NCBI GenBank assembly: GCA_963675665.1
Contig: OY776510.1
Location: forward strand, 3,584,001 to 3,648,000
DNA from: Spirochaetia bacterium
GTDB lineage: Bacteria > Spirochaetota > Spirochaetia > UBA9216
DNA length: 64,000 nt
Reading direction: 5' to 3'
The notes beneath the pieces are model-generated. The model saw only the letters and a program-made list of their open reading frames with translations, had not been told where the DNA came from and did no database searches. Positions 1 to 10,298 of this stretch are shown one piece after another; the stretch's first letter is position 1, and every line of letters begins with the position of its first letter. Both the position numbers and the translations under genes were made by a program.

Positions 1-1169
1 CACTTTTCTCGGAGTTTAATGAAAAACTCGGGGAAATGATTATCGGGTATTACCAGCGTGAAAAAAACGGAAATATCTATGTAGATCTCGGTAAAACCGA
101 AGGAATACTTCCCAAACGGTTTCAGTCACCAAGAGAGGTTTACAGACCTAACGACAGAATAAAAGCTCTTATTTATGAAATCAATAAAACTCCTTCGGGG
201 CTTCAGATAGTTCTTTCACGTACACATACCGATTTTGTCAAAAGGGTATTTGAACTTGAAGTACCTGAAATCTATGATAAAACAGTAGAGATCTTCAAAC
301 TTGTACGTGAACCCGGTTATCGAACAAAGATTGCGGTTTATTCAAACCGTGATGATGTTGATCCTGTAGGCGCATGCGTAGGAATGAAGGGTGTTCGAAT
401 TCAGGCGATTGTACGTGAACTCGAAGGGGAAAAAATCGATATCCTTAAATATGATGTTGATCCCCGCGTATTTATTAAAAATGCTCTTTCTCCTGCTGAA
501 GTAAACGATATTATCGTGCTTGACGAAGCAAAACGTCAGGCCCTTGCTATTGTTTCCGAAAGTCAGCTTTCTCTGGCAATCGGCAAACAGGGGTTGAACG
601 TCAGGCTGGCCAACAGACTTGCAGACTGGAATATCGACGTAAAAACCGAGGAACAGTTTGATGAAATGGACATTGCCATTGACACACGCCGGGCGGTATC
701 TGAACTTTTCGGAGACATCGATGATTCTGAAGAAATTACATCCATTTCCGAACTGCCGGGCATTACCGACAGAATTGTTGAAATCCTTAACGGTCATGAT
801 ATTGAACTTATTGAAGACCTTGTTGCTCTTGCAGACACAGAACTCAACAGTTATAACGATCTTACAACCGATGATGTTGAACAGTTGAAATCTATAATCG
901 CAGACAATGTTGACATTATTGAAGAAGAAGAAGATTATAATGAAGAAGACTTCGGCCCCGAAGAATATGACGAAGGGGATGATGAATCATCTTCAAATGA
1001 TGATCAGGATGATGAATTTCCTGAAGAAACAGAAGAAGATATTGTTGATAGTAATGACGAAGAAGGCTACGAATGTCCGGAATGCGGTCATCCTATCACA
1101 CTTGATATGACCGCATGTCCTAACTGCGGCGTTGGTATCAGCTTTGAGATTGAAGATGAAGATGAATAA
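1..1169 (+). CDS. nusA: Transcription termination/antitermination factor NusA (5' truncated by window edge)
   Basis: S1/KH motifs REPGYRTKIAV, DPVGACVGMKG, SLAIGKQGLNVRLA. The frame is open back to the window start (LFSEFNEKLGEM...). Acidic tail with CPEC/CPNC. Lies upstream of infB. Confidence 0.97.
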   Translation, partial: LFSEFNEKLGEMIIGYYQREKNGNIYVDLGKTEGILPKRFQSPREVYRPNDRIKALIYEINKTPSGLQIVLSRTHTDFVKRVFELEVPEIYDKTVEIFKLVREPGYRTKIAVYSNRDDVDPVGACVGMKGVRIQAIVRELEGEKIDILKYDVDPRVFIKNALSPAEVNDIIVLDEAKRQALAIVSESQLSLAIGKQGLNVRLANRLADWNIDVKTEEQFDEMDIAIDTRRAVSELFGDIDDSEEITSISELPGITDRIVEILNGHDIELIEDLVALADTELNSYNDLTTDDVEQLKSIIADNVDIIEEEEDYNEEDFGPEEYDEGDDESSSNDDQDDEFPEETEEDIVDSNDEEGYECPECGHPITLDMTACPNCGVGISFEIEDEDE

Positions 1170-1190
1170 AATATAATTTGAAGGGAATAT

Positions 1191-4013
1191 ATGTCAGAAG
1201 AACTTGAGAAGAAGAATTTGCCTAAAGCTACACTCATTAAACACAAAAAACCGGCAACTGACTCAGATGCATCAAAAGCAGAGAAAAAGAAAGTAGTTGT
1301 TGTCAAGAAAAAGAAGAAACCTGTCGTAAAGGCTGTACATACCGATAATTCAAAATCGGATAATAACAAGCAAAGTGTTAAAAATGCCCCAGGCAGCGGG
1401 ACTTCAAAAACTGCTGCAGGCAAATCCGCCAAGGGTGAAAGACCCCTGGGCGGATCCAGAAAAGGCAGATCTCAAGATGACATATACAAAGCCGGAGGAG
1501 CTCCCGAATCAAGTGCGGATAATGAAGTAAAAACAGAACCGCGTAATGAAGCTGTATCACGTGAGTCTTCTTCTCCGGTAAATGAAATGCCTGGCAGAAG
1601 CCGAAGCGAAGGTGATTACAAACGGGATAACAACCGCCAGGGCGGAAGCTATCAGGGCCGTTCATATGACAATCGCAGACCACAGGGCGACAACCGTCAG
1701 ACAGACAACCGCCAGAGCGGAGGCTATCAGGGCCGTTCATATGACAACCGCAGACCCCAGGGCGACACCCGTCAGGGCGGCGGCTATCAGGGCCGTTCAT
1801 ATGACAACCGCAGACCACAGGGTGACAACCGTCAGACAGACAACCGCCAGAGCGGAGGCTATCAGGGCCGTTCATATGACAACCGCAGACCACAGGGCGA
1901 CACCCGTCAGTCAGACAACCGCCAGGGCGGCGGCTATCAGGGCCGTTCATATGACAACCGCAGAAGCAGCGGTCCCGGCAGCAGACCAGGAGGTCCGGGT
2001 GGAAGACCTGGCCCCGGCAGCAGACCAGGAGGTCCGGGCGGAAGACCTGGTCCCGGCGGCAGACCCGGAGGTCCGGGCAGACCGGGCCAGGGCGGAAAAC
2101 CGACCGGAAACATGCCTGCTCCCGGCGGAGAAAACAAAAAATCAGCCGGAAGAAAGGTATTTAAAACCAAGAAGAAGGCTGACTATAAAAAGAAAAATGA
2201 TTTTGAGCTGGAAAAAGATTTTCAGATCAAGAAAAAAACCATACAGCGAGCAAACCCCGTTCCTTCAGAAATCGAGATGATGGAAGTTATTACGGTCTCC
2301 GACCTTGCAAGAAAAATGAATCTAAAAGCTTCCGAGCTCATAGCAAAACTTATGAGCATGGGCATGATGGTGACGATTAACCAGCAGATAGACGCGGAAA
2401 CTGCCGAACTACTTGCTTCCGAGTATAAATGCAAGGTTAAAATAGTATCTCTTTATGATGAAACAATCATAGAAAGTGAAAAAGATAATGAAGAAGATCT
2501 GAAACCACGGCCCCCTATTGTTACTGTAATGGGGCATGTCGACCATGGTAAAACAAAACTTCTTGATGCTATCCGTAAAACTGATATTGTCGCAGACGAA
2601 CACGGCGGTATTACCCAGCATATAGGAGCATCAAAGGTTGATCTCGAACAGGGTTCTATTGTCTTTCTTGACACTCCGGGTCATGAAGCATTTACTTTAA
2701 TGAGGGCACGCGGCGCAGAAGTAACCGATATTGTTGTACTTGTCGTTGCCGCAAATGACGGTGTAATGCCTCAAACTGTTGAAGCAATCAATCACGCCAA
2801 ACAGGCCAAAGTCCCTATTATTATTGCCGTCAACAAATGCGATCTGCCCGACGCCAACATTGACAGGGTAAAACAGCAGTTATCTGAATATGAACTCATG
2901 CCGGAAGACTGGGGCGGAACTACTCTTTTTAATGAGATTTCCGCACTTAAAGGTACCGGGATCAGCGAACTTCTTGATAATATTTTGCTTCAGGCCGAGC
3001 TTCTTGAGCTTAAAGCCAATGTGGACTGCCGTGCGGAAGGCACAGTTATTGAATCCAGGGTTGATCAGGGGCGCGGTATTGTTTCTTCGGTCATCATAGA
3101 AAGGGGAACCCTGCGAATCGGAGACAGTTTTGTAGCAGGGGTTTTTCCAGGCAAGGTAAGAGCTCTTTTTGACGACAAGGGATATAAAATTACAGAAGCC
3201 GGACCGGCTACCCCCGTTGAGATTCTCGGATTTACCGGTATACCTAATGCCGGAGCTCCATTCCAGGTTACTGAAAATGAAAAAACAGCCAGAATGGTCG
3301 GAGAAAAGCGTCAGGAACTTGAAAAACAGGGCAGAGCCGATAATCTTACTAAGGTCACCCTTGATAACCTGTATGATTCCATACAGGAAGGTGAAATACA
3401 GGAACTGAAGGTCATTATAAAGGGTGACGTTCACGGTTCCGTTGAAGCTCTGCAGACTTCATTAAAGAAACTCAGTACTGCAGAAATAAAACTGACCCCG
3501 ATACATGCAGCTGCAGGAGCCATAGTCGAAAATGATGTTACGCTCGCATCTGCATCCAATGCAATAATTATTGGGTTTCATGTAAGACCTACACCAAAAG
3601 CACTGGCACTTGCTGAGCAGGAAAAAGTCGACATCAGAAAATATAATATCATCTATGATGCCGTTGCAGACATAAAAGCAGCGATGGAAGGTATGCTTGC
3701 CCCTGAACTTTCAGAAGAGACTCTCGGAACTGTTGAAGTTCGCGAAGTTTTCAAAGTACCAAAAATCGGTCTTATTGCCGGTTGTTACGTTAAAAGCGGA
3801 AAGGTCAGAAGAAACGAGAGCGCGCATATTATCCGCGACGGCGTGATACTCCATTCCGGAAAAATAACCTCGCTCAAGAGGTTTAAGGATGATGTCCGTG
3901 AAGTAGATTCCGGTTATGAATGCGGAATCGGTATTGAAAATTATCTTGACGTTCAGGTTGGTGATGAATTTGAGGTTTATGTTATTAAAGAAACCGCCAG
4001 AAACCTGGATTGA
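1191..4013 (+). CDS. infB: Translation initiation factor IF-2
   Basis: G-domain motifs MGHVDHGKT, GGITQHIGA, DTPGHEAF, NKCD; C-terminal SLKRFKDDVREV..GYECGI; long low-complexity N-terminus. Confidence 0.99.
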   Translation: MSEELEKKNLPKATLIKHKKPATDSDASKAEKKKVVVVKKKKKPVVKAVHTDNSKSDNNKQSVKNAPGSGTSKTAAGKSAKGERPLGGSRKGRSQDDIYKAGGAPESSADNEVKTEPRNEAVSRESSSPVNEMPGRSRSEGDYKRDNNRQGGSYQGRSYDNRRPQGDNRQTDNRQSGGYQGRSYDNRRPQGDTRQGGGYQGRSYDNRRPQGDNRQTDNRQSGGYQGRSYDNRRPQGDTRQSDNRQGGGYQGRSYDNRRSSGPGSRPGGPGGRPGPGSRPGGPGGRPGPGGRPGGPGRPGQGGKPTGNMPAPGGENKKSAGRKVFKTKKKADYKKKNDFELEKDFQIKKKTIQRANPVPSEIEMMEVITVSDLARKMNLKASELIAKLMSMGMMVTINQQIDAETAELLASEYKCKVKIVSLYDETIIESEKDNEEDLKPRPPIVTVMGHVDHGKTKLLDAIRKTDIVADEHGGITQHIGASKVDLEQGSIVFLDTPGHEAFTLMRARGAEVTDIVVLVVAANDGVMPQTVEAINHAKQAKVPIIIAVNKCDLPDANIDRVKQQLSEYELMPEDWGGTTLFNEISALKGTGISELLDNILLQAELLELKANVDCRAEGTVIESRVDQGRGIVSSVIIERGTLRIGDSFVAGVFPGKVRALFDDKGYKITEAGPATPVEILGFTGIPNAGAPFQVTENEKTARMVGEKRQELEKQGRADNLTKVTLDNLYDSIQEGEIQELKVIIKGDVHGSVEALQTSLKKLSTAEIKLTPIHAAAGAIVENDVTLASASNAIIIGFHVRPTPKALALAEQEKVDIRKYNIIYDAVADIKAAMEGMLAPELSEETLGTVEVREVFKVPKIGLIAGCYVKSGKVRRNESAHIIRDGVILHSGKITSLKRFKDDVREVDSGYECGIGIENYLDVQVGDEFEVYVIKETARNLD
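1630..1965 (+). repeat. In-frame tandem repeat in infB, 5 copies (GGYQGRSYDNRRPQGD-type units)
   Basis: TATCAGGGCCGTTCATATGACAA starts at 1650, 1725, 1785, 1860 and 1935 (periods 75/60/75/75 bp, all multiples of 3). Confidence 0.95.
1971..2090 (+). repeat. In-frame 39-bp tandem repeat in infB (GPGSRPGGPGGRP, about 3 copies)
   Basis: Units start at 1971, 2010 and 2049; the third is degenerate. Confidence 0.85.
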
Positions 4014-4034
4014 TAATAGAATCAGGAATAACTA

Positions 4035-4415
4035 ATGTCCGAATTCAGAATTCAGCGCATTGAAAATATGGTGCGCGATATAATAAGTGAAATGATCATA
4101 AAGGGGGTTATTAAAGACCCCCGGATCAGCAGTCTCGTGTCCATTTCCATGGTCGAGGTGTCAAAAGATCTCTCTTATGCGAAAGTACATATCTCGGGTT
4201 TTGAGAACGAAAAAAAAATAAAATCAAGCGTCGACGGGTTGAACAGCGCGGCCGGTTTTATTCAGAAAAATCTGGGAAAAAGAATGCATACCAGAACAAC
4301 TCCGAAATTAAACTTTGTTTTTGACAGCTCAATCCGTGACGGTTTTGAGATGACAAAAAAACTTGAGTCTATGCATATTGAACCGGAGGAAGCCGATAAC
4401 GACCTTGACAACTGA
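4035..4415 (+). CDS. rbfA: Ribosome-binding factor A
   Basis: IKDPRI..VSISMVEVSKDLSYAKV, L..AAGFIQ, TPKLNFVFD; follows infB. Confidence 0.96.
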   Translation: MSEFRIQRIENMVRDIISEMIIKGVIKDPRISSLVSISMVEVSKDLSYAKVHISGFENEKKIKSSVDGLNSAAGFIQKNLGKRMHTRTTPKLNFVFDSSIRDGFEMTKKLESMHIEPEEADNDLDN

Positions 4416-5307
4416 TACAAACGGCATTCTGCTTCTCAATAAGCCTTCAGGTATAACTTCGTTTAAAGCTCTCGGAAATATCAAAAAGCAGCTTCGGATT
4501 TTCAGCAATAATAAAATCAAAGTCGGACATACTGGAACGCTTGACAGTTTTGCAGAGGGCCTTCTTGTTGTACTTACGGGCAAGTTTACCCGGTTCAATC
4601 CGGTATTTACTGCTTTTGATAAATCTTATGAAGCCGAGATCATATTCGGAACCGAAACTGATACCCTTGACCCTGGCGGAAAAGAAATAAAAACTGGTCC
4701 GGTACCGGATTACGAAACGATAATCTCATCTAAAATACAATTTTCCGGTACAATTTATCAGAGGCCGCCTGTTTTTTCGGCTGTTCATATAAACGGAGAA
4801 CGGGCTTATAAAAAGGCCGTCAAAGGTGAAATGCCAGAACTGCCCGAGCGTAAAATTACAATAAACAACTTTGACATCCTCGACTGGAAACCGCCAGTTC
4901 TTCGCTGCAGAATCGATTGCTCAAAAGGAACCTACATCCGGTCAATTGCCCGTGATCTCGGAAACCTTTGCGGAAGCTGTGCAAGGTTGGAGAAGCTGAA
5001 ACGTTTAAAAGTCGGCCCTTTTTCAGTTGACGACAGCATTTCACCTGATGAATTTAATCCGGAACTGCACTTGATGTCAGGTTTAAAAGTCTTTAATCTT
5101 CTTGATTCATATCTGCCCGGCAGCTTTATTCCGCTAATGGTTAAAGAAGAATTTGTTCCGCTGATACGTAACGGCGCAGCCATCAGGGACAATTTCTTTA
5201 CCGAACGTCCTGAAAAAAACGGTCTTTATGTTCTGAACAACAACAGCGAGTTTATAGCTTATATAAAAATTGAATCAGGTATATACAGCTATATATTTGT
5301 AGGTTAG
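4363..5307 (+). CDS. truB: tRNA pseudouridine(55) synthase; true start probably near 4396-4405
   Basis: GILLLNKPSGITS, KVGHTGTLD, QRPPVFSAV, CSKGTYIRSIARDLG. Confidence 0.95.
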   Translation: MSLCILNRRKPITTLTTDTNGILLLNKPSGITSFKALGNIKKQLRIFSNNKIKVGHTGTLDSFAEGLLVVLTGKFTRFNPVFTAFDKSYEAEIIFGTETDTLDPGGKEIKTGPVPDYETIISSKIQFSGTIYQRPPVFSAVHINGERAYKKAVKGEMPELPERKITINNFDILDWKPPVLRCRIDCSKGTYIRSIARDLGNLCGSCARLEKLKRLKVGPFSVDDSISPDEFNPELHLMSGLKVFNLLDSYLPGSFIPLMVKEEFVPLIRNGAAIRDNFFTERPEKNGLYVLNNNSEFIAYIKIESGIYSYIFVG

Positions 5308-5310
5308 CAA

Positions 5311-6102
5311 ATGAAAATTATTGACTGGGATACTTTTGCGGAATACGGGATTGATTCTGAAGCACCGGTTTCTTTTACAACCGGTGTTTTTGACGGCCTA
5401 CACAGGGGGCATCACCAGCTAATTAATTGTTTGCTTTCCCAAAAGGAGAACACCGCTGTACTGGCAACTTTTACTTCAAATCCTTTCAGACTTTTGCGTC
5501 CCGAAAATTATAAAGGAGATATTTCTTCTCTGGATCAGAAGCTTTGGCTGTTAGGAGCTGCGGGTATCGACATCGTTATTCTCATTGACTTTTCTCTGGA
5601 ATTCAGTAAACTGTCAGGGAGAGATTTTTTCTGTTATATAAGAAAACATCTTAACATGGACCATCTGGTACTTGGAAAGGATCATAAGCTTGGCAACAGG
5701 GGTGATACATCGGCACAACGTGCCAAAGAAATGCTGGAACCCGACGGTGTAGCCGTCGATATTGTTCCGCCTCTTTTTGAAGGCGGAAAACCGGTCAGCA
5801 GTACCAGGATCAGGGCAGCAATAGAAGAAGGCAACTTGTGTGCCGCAGAAATTCTGCTCGGCCGGAAACATGTTCTCGATCTTTCAGGCATTGAGTACAT
5901 TTCGGAAGATTATTCTCCCTATCTAAGGAGAAATGATATAAATCAGGTTATACCGTTCAATGGCAGATATGCTGTTATGCTTGAGAATGGTTTCAAGACC
6001 TTTGCCACAAAAATAAACATTAATGAAGACAGCATAGTGTTTGAGAAAAAGCCTGATTTTCAGGCAGAGACACTAACTTTTAATTGTAATTTGCAGGAGT
6101 AA
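5311..6102 (+). CDS. ribF: FAD synthetase (FMN adenylyltransferase), RibF family, with degenerate C-terminal domain
   Basis: [10 protein letters not shown] and VSSTRIR..LLGR motifs; the riboflavin-kinase GRxLGFPTAN motif is absent; truB-ribF-rpsO order. Confidence 0.85.
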   Translation: MKIIDWDTFAEYGIDSEAPVSFTTGVFDGLHRGHHQLINCLLSQKENTAVLATFTSNPFRLLRPENYKGDISSLDQKLWLLGAAGIDIVILIDFSLEFSKLSGRDFFCYIRKHLNMDHLVLGKDHKLGNRGDTSAQRAKEMLEPDGVAVDIVPPLFEGGKPVSSTRIRAAIEEGNLCAAEILLGRKHVLDLSGIEYISEDYSPYLRRNDINQVIPFNGRYAVMLENGFKTFATKININEDSIVFEKKPDFQAETLTFNCNLQE

Positions 6103-6107
6103 ACAGA

Positions 6108-6374
6108 ATGTTAGCAAAAGAAGCAAAACAGGAAATCATTACAGAATTTGGTCTTAATGATAAAGATACAGGCTCTACCGAGGTTCAGATAGCCTTATTA
6201 ACGGCTCGTATTCAGGATCTTACAGAGCATTTTAAATTTCATAAAAAGGATCACAGCTCAAGACGTGGTCTTCTCAAACTTGTAGGACAGAGAAGAACCC
6301 TTCTTAAATATCTAAAGAAAAAGGATCTTGATTCATACAGAGCTATTCTCAAGAAACTGAATCTCAGAAAGTAA
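6108..6374 (+). CDS. rpsO: 30S ribosomal protein S15
   Basis: [32 protein letters not shown]; SD CAGGAG upstream. Confidence 0.99.
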   Translation: MLAKEAKQEIITEFGLNDKDTGSTEVQIALLTARIQDLTEHFKFHKKDHSSRRGLLKLVGQRRTLLKYLKKKDLDSYRAILKKLNLRK

Positions 6375-6392
6375 ATAATACAGGGAAAATAT

Positions 6393-8492
6393 ATGATAAA
6401 TACAGTAAGTCTGGAAATTGAAGGGAAGGTACTGGTTCTTGAAACCGGAAAAATGGCAAAACAGGCAAACGGAGCAGTGTTTGCGACCTATGGAGGTTCG
6501 TCTGTTCTCGCAACAGCCTGTTGCGGCGATAAACCGGTTGAAGGCCTTGATTACGTTCCGCTGCAGGTCGAGTATAATGAAAAATATTATGCTGCCGGTA
6601 AAATTCCGGGCGGATTTTTAAAAAGGGAAGGCAGACCTAAAGATAAGGAGATTCTTGTCTCAAGACTTATCGACAGGCCCATGCGACCCTTGTTTCACAA
6701 GTCTTTCGGCCGTGAAATACAGGTAATTCCGACAGTCATTTCTTCCGATCAGGAAAACACCCCCGACGTAATAGCAATGATAGCATCATTCGCCGCCGTC
6801 AGCATCTCCGACATCCCCTTTGAGGGCCCTGTCGGCGCAGTACGAGTCTGCTATATCGATGGCGAATACGTAGTCAACCCGACTTTTCAGCAGATTGAAT
6901 CTTCGGCCCTTGAAATTGTAGTCGCCGGCTCCGAAGAAGGAATCACAATGGTTGAAGGCGGAGCCAGGGAAGTTTCTGAAGAAATACTTCTTACCGCAAT
7001 TGACAAAGCAAAAAAAATCATAGACGCAATGTGTCTTGTTCAGCGCGAACTTGTTGATAAATGCGGAAAAGAAAAACTTCCGTTAACCGACAGCAGCCTT
7101 GTTCTTGAGAACAGGGACGAAATATACAACGATGTTTATCCGAAGCTTGAAGAAGCCTGTTTCGTTAAAGGCAAACATATACGTCATAAAGCCATAAAGG
7201 ACGTTATTTCTTCAGCAAAAGACAAATATTGCGGCGAGATGTCCGATGAGCAGCTTAAACTGTTCGACGCTCTCATGGAAGAGATTGAGTATGTCATAGT
7301 CAGAAAGTCCATTCTTGAAAACAAGCTTAGAACCGACGGCCGTGGGCCCGAAGACATCAGGGCAATTACATGTGAAATTGGAATACTTTCAAGAACGCAC
7401 GGAAGCGCTCTCTTCACCCGCGGTGAAACCCAGTCCCTAGGTGTAACAACTCTCGGAACAGTCTTTGATGAGCAGATGATTGACGATATCGACAGCGAAA
7501 AACGATATTCCAACTTCATGCTTCATTATAACTTTCCTCCGTTTTCAGTAGGCGAATGCGGACGGCTTAGCACCGGAAGACGTGAGATTGGTCACGGACA
7601 CCTTGCTCAGCGTGCTTTGGCGGCAATGCTTCCTTCCAAAGAAGAATTTCCGTATACAATCAGGGTTGTTTCAGAAATTCTTGAGTCCAACGGTTCTTCA
7701 TCAATGGCTACAGTCTGTTCCGGAACACTTTCGCTGTTAAATGCAGGCGTACCTATTAAGAAACCGGTTGCCGGTATAGCTATGGGTCTTATAACTGATA
7801 ACGAAAACACCGTTGTTCTTTCCGATATTCTCGGGGAAGAAGATCACCTCGGCGACATGGACTTCAAGGTCTGTGGAACCGAAGAAGGTATCACCGCGTT
7901 TCAGATGGACATCAAAATTTCCGGCGTCAGTTCTGAAATCATGAAAACAGCTCTGGAACAGGCCAGAAAAGGACGTTTGCATATACTCGGAATAATGAAT
8001 GAAACAATCAGCAAACCTAGCGTCAGCGTTTCCGAATTTGCCCCGCGAATCGTAACAATAACTATTCCTGAAGACAAAATCGGTGCTGTAATAGGACAGG
8101 GCGGAAAGACAATAAAAACCCTTTCTGAACGTTTCGATGTTAATATCAACATTGAACAGGACGGGTCAACTACTGTCTACGGAAAAAACAAAGCTTCGGC
8201 CGATGAAGCGCTTGCTGCAATCAAGGGCCTTGTTGAAGACCCCGAAGTCGGTACAATATATACAGGAACAGTAAAACGTATCGTGGATTTCGGTGCATTC
8301 GTTGAATTCCTTCCGGGCAAAGAAGGGCTTTGTCACATTTCACGGCTTTCACGCAAAAGGATCAATAAAGTTGATGATGTTCTCAAAATGAACCAGGAAA
8401 TTCCTGTAAAGATTATTGAAATCGACAGAATGGGAAGAATCAACCTCAGCTACATCGAAGCTGTTGAGGATCTTGAAAAAGAAAAGAAATAA
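6393..8492 (+). CDS. pnp: Polyribonucleotide nucleotidyltransferase (PNPase)
   Basis: [62 protein letters not shown] and S1 domains. Confidence 0.99.
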   Translation: MINTVSLEIEGKVLVLETGKMAKQANGAVFATYGGSSVLATACCGDKPVEGLDYVPLQVEYNEKYYAAGKIPGGFLKREGRPKDKEILVSRLIDRPMRPLFHKSFGREIQVIPTVISSDQENTPDVIAMIASFAAVSISDIPFEGPVGAVRVCYIDGEYVVNPTFQQIESSALEIVVAGSEEGITMVEGGAREVSEEILLTAIDKAKKIIDAMCLVQRELVDKCGKEKLPLTDSSLVLENRDEIYNDVYPKLEEACFVKGKHIRHKAIKDVISSAKDKYCGEMSDEQLKLFDALMEEIEYVIVRKSILENKLRTDGRGPEDIRAITCEIGILSRTHGSALFTRGETQSLGVTTLGTVFDEQMIDDIDSEKRYSNFMLHYNFPPFSVGECGRLSTGRREIGHGHLAQRALAAMLPSKEEFPYTIRVVSEILESNGSSSMATVCSGTLSLLNAGVPIKKPVAGIAMGLITDNENTVVLSDILGEEDHLGDMDFKVCGTEEGITAFQMDIKISGVSSEIMKTALEQARKGRLHILGIMNETISKPSVSVSEFAPRIVTITIPEDKIGAVIGQGGKTIKTLSERFDVNINIEQDGSTTVYGKNKASADEALAAIKGLVEDPEVGTIYTGTVKRIVDFGAFVEFLPGKEGLCHISRLSRKRINKVDDVLKMNQEIPVKIIEIDRMGRINLSYIEAVEDLEKEKK

Positions 8493-8518
8493 GCTGTTTT
8501 TACTATAAAATAATTTAC

Positions 8519-8553
8519 GCCCGGTGTATTATATTTACACCGGGTATTTTTTT
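8519..8553 (+). terminator. Rho-independent terminator after pnp
   Basis: Stem CCCGGTGTA (8520-8528) / TACACCGGG (8536-8544) followed by TATTTTTTT. Confidence 0.8.
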
Positions 8554-8575
8554 AAAAAAGGAGCTATAATCTCAA

Positions 8576-9019
8576 ATGCAGAAAATATTGGTACATTATA
8601 AAAGTAATTCCGACCTTGAACCGGTTTATTCTTCCGAATCAGCAAGCGGAGCGGATCTTAAAGCTGACATTTCCGAAGAAATCATAATAAAAACCGGCAA
8701 AACGGAAATTGTTCCGACCGGAATATTTCTTGAAATACCGCCGGGATACGAAGGTCAGGTAAGACCCCGGTCCGGCCTGGCCGCACGTTCGGGGATCACC
8801 GTTTTGAATACTCCCGGAACAATTGACGCCGACTATCGTGGCGAGGTTAAGGTTATTCTTATCAACCTGGGAAACGAAGATTTTGTGATCAATCGCGGAG
8901 ACAGAATTGCCCAGCTTGTATTCTGCCCGGTTGTAAGAGCACAGTTTGAAAAATCGATTGAATTAAGCGATTCGCTTAGGGGCAGCGGAGGGTTCGGTTC
9001 TACAGGAATCAGCGGCTGA
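8576..9019 (+). CDS. dut: dUTP diphosphatase
   Basis: SGADL, QVRPRSGLA, PGTIDADYRGE, GDRIAQL, RGSGGFGSTG. Confidence 0.98.
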   Translation: MQKILVHYKSNSDLEPVYSSESASGADLKADISEEIIIKTGKTEIVPTGIFLEIPPGYEGQVRPRSGLAARSGITVLNTPGTIDADYRGEVKVILINLGNEDFVINRGDRIAQLVFCPVVRAQFEKSIELSDSLRGSGGFGSTGISG

Positions 9020-9026
9020 AATCAAA

Positions 9027-10295
9027 GTGACGCGCAGATTTACAGAAATATATAAATATACGGCAGGAGAGTTTCTCTTTTCTTTTCTGGTTGCCTTCCT
9101 GTTCTTCTTTTTCATTTTTTTTGTGAATCAGATTCTTCTCATCGCCGAAGAAATTCTTTCCAAGAATATAAGGATAATGGCTGTTCTTAAACTTCTGTTT
9201 TACTCTTTACCGTCGATAGTTTCATTTGCATTTCCCTTCGGAGCGCTTGTAGGCGCACTGATGGCCATCGGCAGACTCTCTTCCGACAATGAAGTTCTTG
9301 CCATGCAGGCCTGCGGTATTCCTCATTTCAGAATTTTTCTGCCTCTTGCTGTTCTGGGTATAATTTTTTCCGCCGGCAGTTTCATCATCAATGATATTTT
9401 TCTGCCTCTTGGAACTATAAAGTTCGGACAGTTATACCGTGAAATACTCTATTCAAATCCCGAACTTGAACTATCTCCATATTCCATCAAACGATATCAG
9501 AGCAGCACGATAATTACCGGCAATATTGATAATAACATTATTTCCGATCTGATAATCATTGATAAAACCACTGAAAAAGACAAACGTATAATTCTTGCGG
9601 ATTCTGCTTCACTCAATAAGCTCGAGGAACAAAGCGGCGTTATTTCACTTGATCTTGACAACGTATTTATCCAGACTTTTAACAAGCAGAAAAAAAATGA
9701 TTTCAATTATCTTTCATCTGAAACAATGACCTATAATATACTTCTCAGAGACATCTCTTTTTCAATGAGATCGCCCGGACCACGGGAAATGAGTTCGGTT
9801 GATGTTAAAACAGAAATCGATAACAAGCAGGCTATTTTAGACCAGAAAAATACTTCAAACTTAAAAAAAGCCGATCAGGCGGCTTTTAACATAATGTCGG
9901 AATATTATTATCAGAGTACATTGCCCGTTTCTTCAAGAGATTATTCTTTTATTCTTTCAAGTTATGAGGATTATATCAACCGGCTCGAAAAACAGTCCGG
10001 AGACCGATCGCTTCAGATTTATCTTGTAGAATACTGGAAAAAATTCTCACTGCCTTTTTCCTGTTTTGTTTTCGTGCTGTTTGCTTTTCCTGTAGGATTA
10101 TTCACGAAACGCAGCGGAAGATCCGTCGGTTTCGGAGTAGGGCTTCTGGTTGCTGTTGCTTACTGGGGCCTGCTTTTTGCAGGGCAGACTTTCGGAATAC
10201 AGAATAACTCTTCTGCAGCTCTTGCAATGTGGATGCCCGATATTATAATAGCCGCAGCGGCTTTGATTTCAGCATTAATAAGGTTCAGGCAGTAA
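9027..10295 (+). CDS. lptF: LptF/LptG family permease (LptF-like)
   Basis: GTG start; 3+3 TM layout, RLSSDNEVLAMQACGI, KKFSLPFSCFVF..FAFPVG, AMWMPD; paired with the next gene. Confidence 0.8.
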   Translation: MTRRFTEIYKYTAGEFLFSFLVAFLFFFFIFFVNQILLIAEEILSKNIRIMAVLKLLFYSLPSIVSFAFPFGALVGALMAIGRLSSDNEVLAMQACGIPHFRIFLPLAVLGIIFSAGSFIINDIFLPLGTIKFGQLYREILYSNPELELSPYSIKRYQSSTIITGNIDNNIISDLIIIDKTTEKDKRIILADSASLNKLEEQSGVISLDLDNVFIQTFNKQKKNDFNYLSSETMTYNILLRDISFSMRSPGPREMSSVDVKTEIDNKQAILDQKNTSNLKKADQAAFNIMSEYYYQSTLPVSSRDYSFILSSYEDYINRLEKQSGDRSLQIYLVEYWKKFSLPFSCFVFVLFAFPVGLFTKRSGRSVGFGVGLLVAVAYWGLLFAGQTFGIQNNSSAALAMWMPDIIIAAAALISALIRFRQ

Positions 10296-10298
10296 AAT

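Noticed and set aside
1645-1965. Regularly spaced ~33-bp repeats resembling a CRISPR array
   Set aside because: The 'spacers' are themselves near-identical, all periods are multiples of 3 inside the infB frame, and there are no cas genes or leader
1378-2280. Long alternative-frame ORFs (1582-2280 +, 1378-1950 -) over the infB N-terminus
   Set aside because: They stay open only because the GC-rich in-frame repeats lack stops; no SD or recognisable domain
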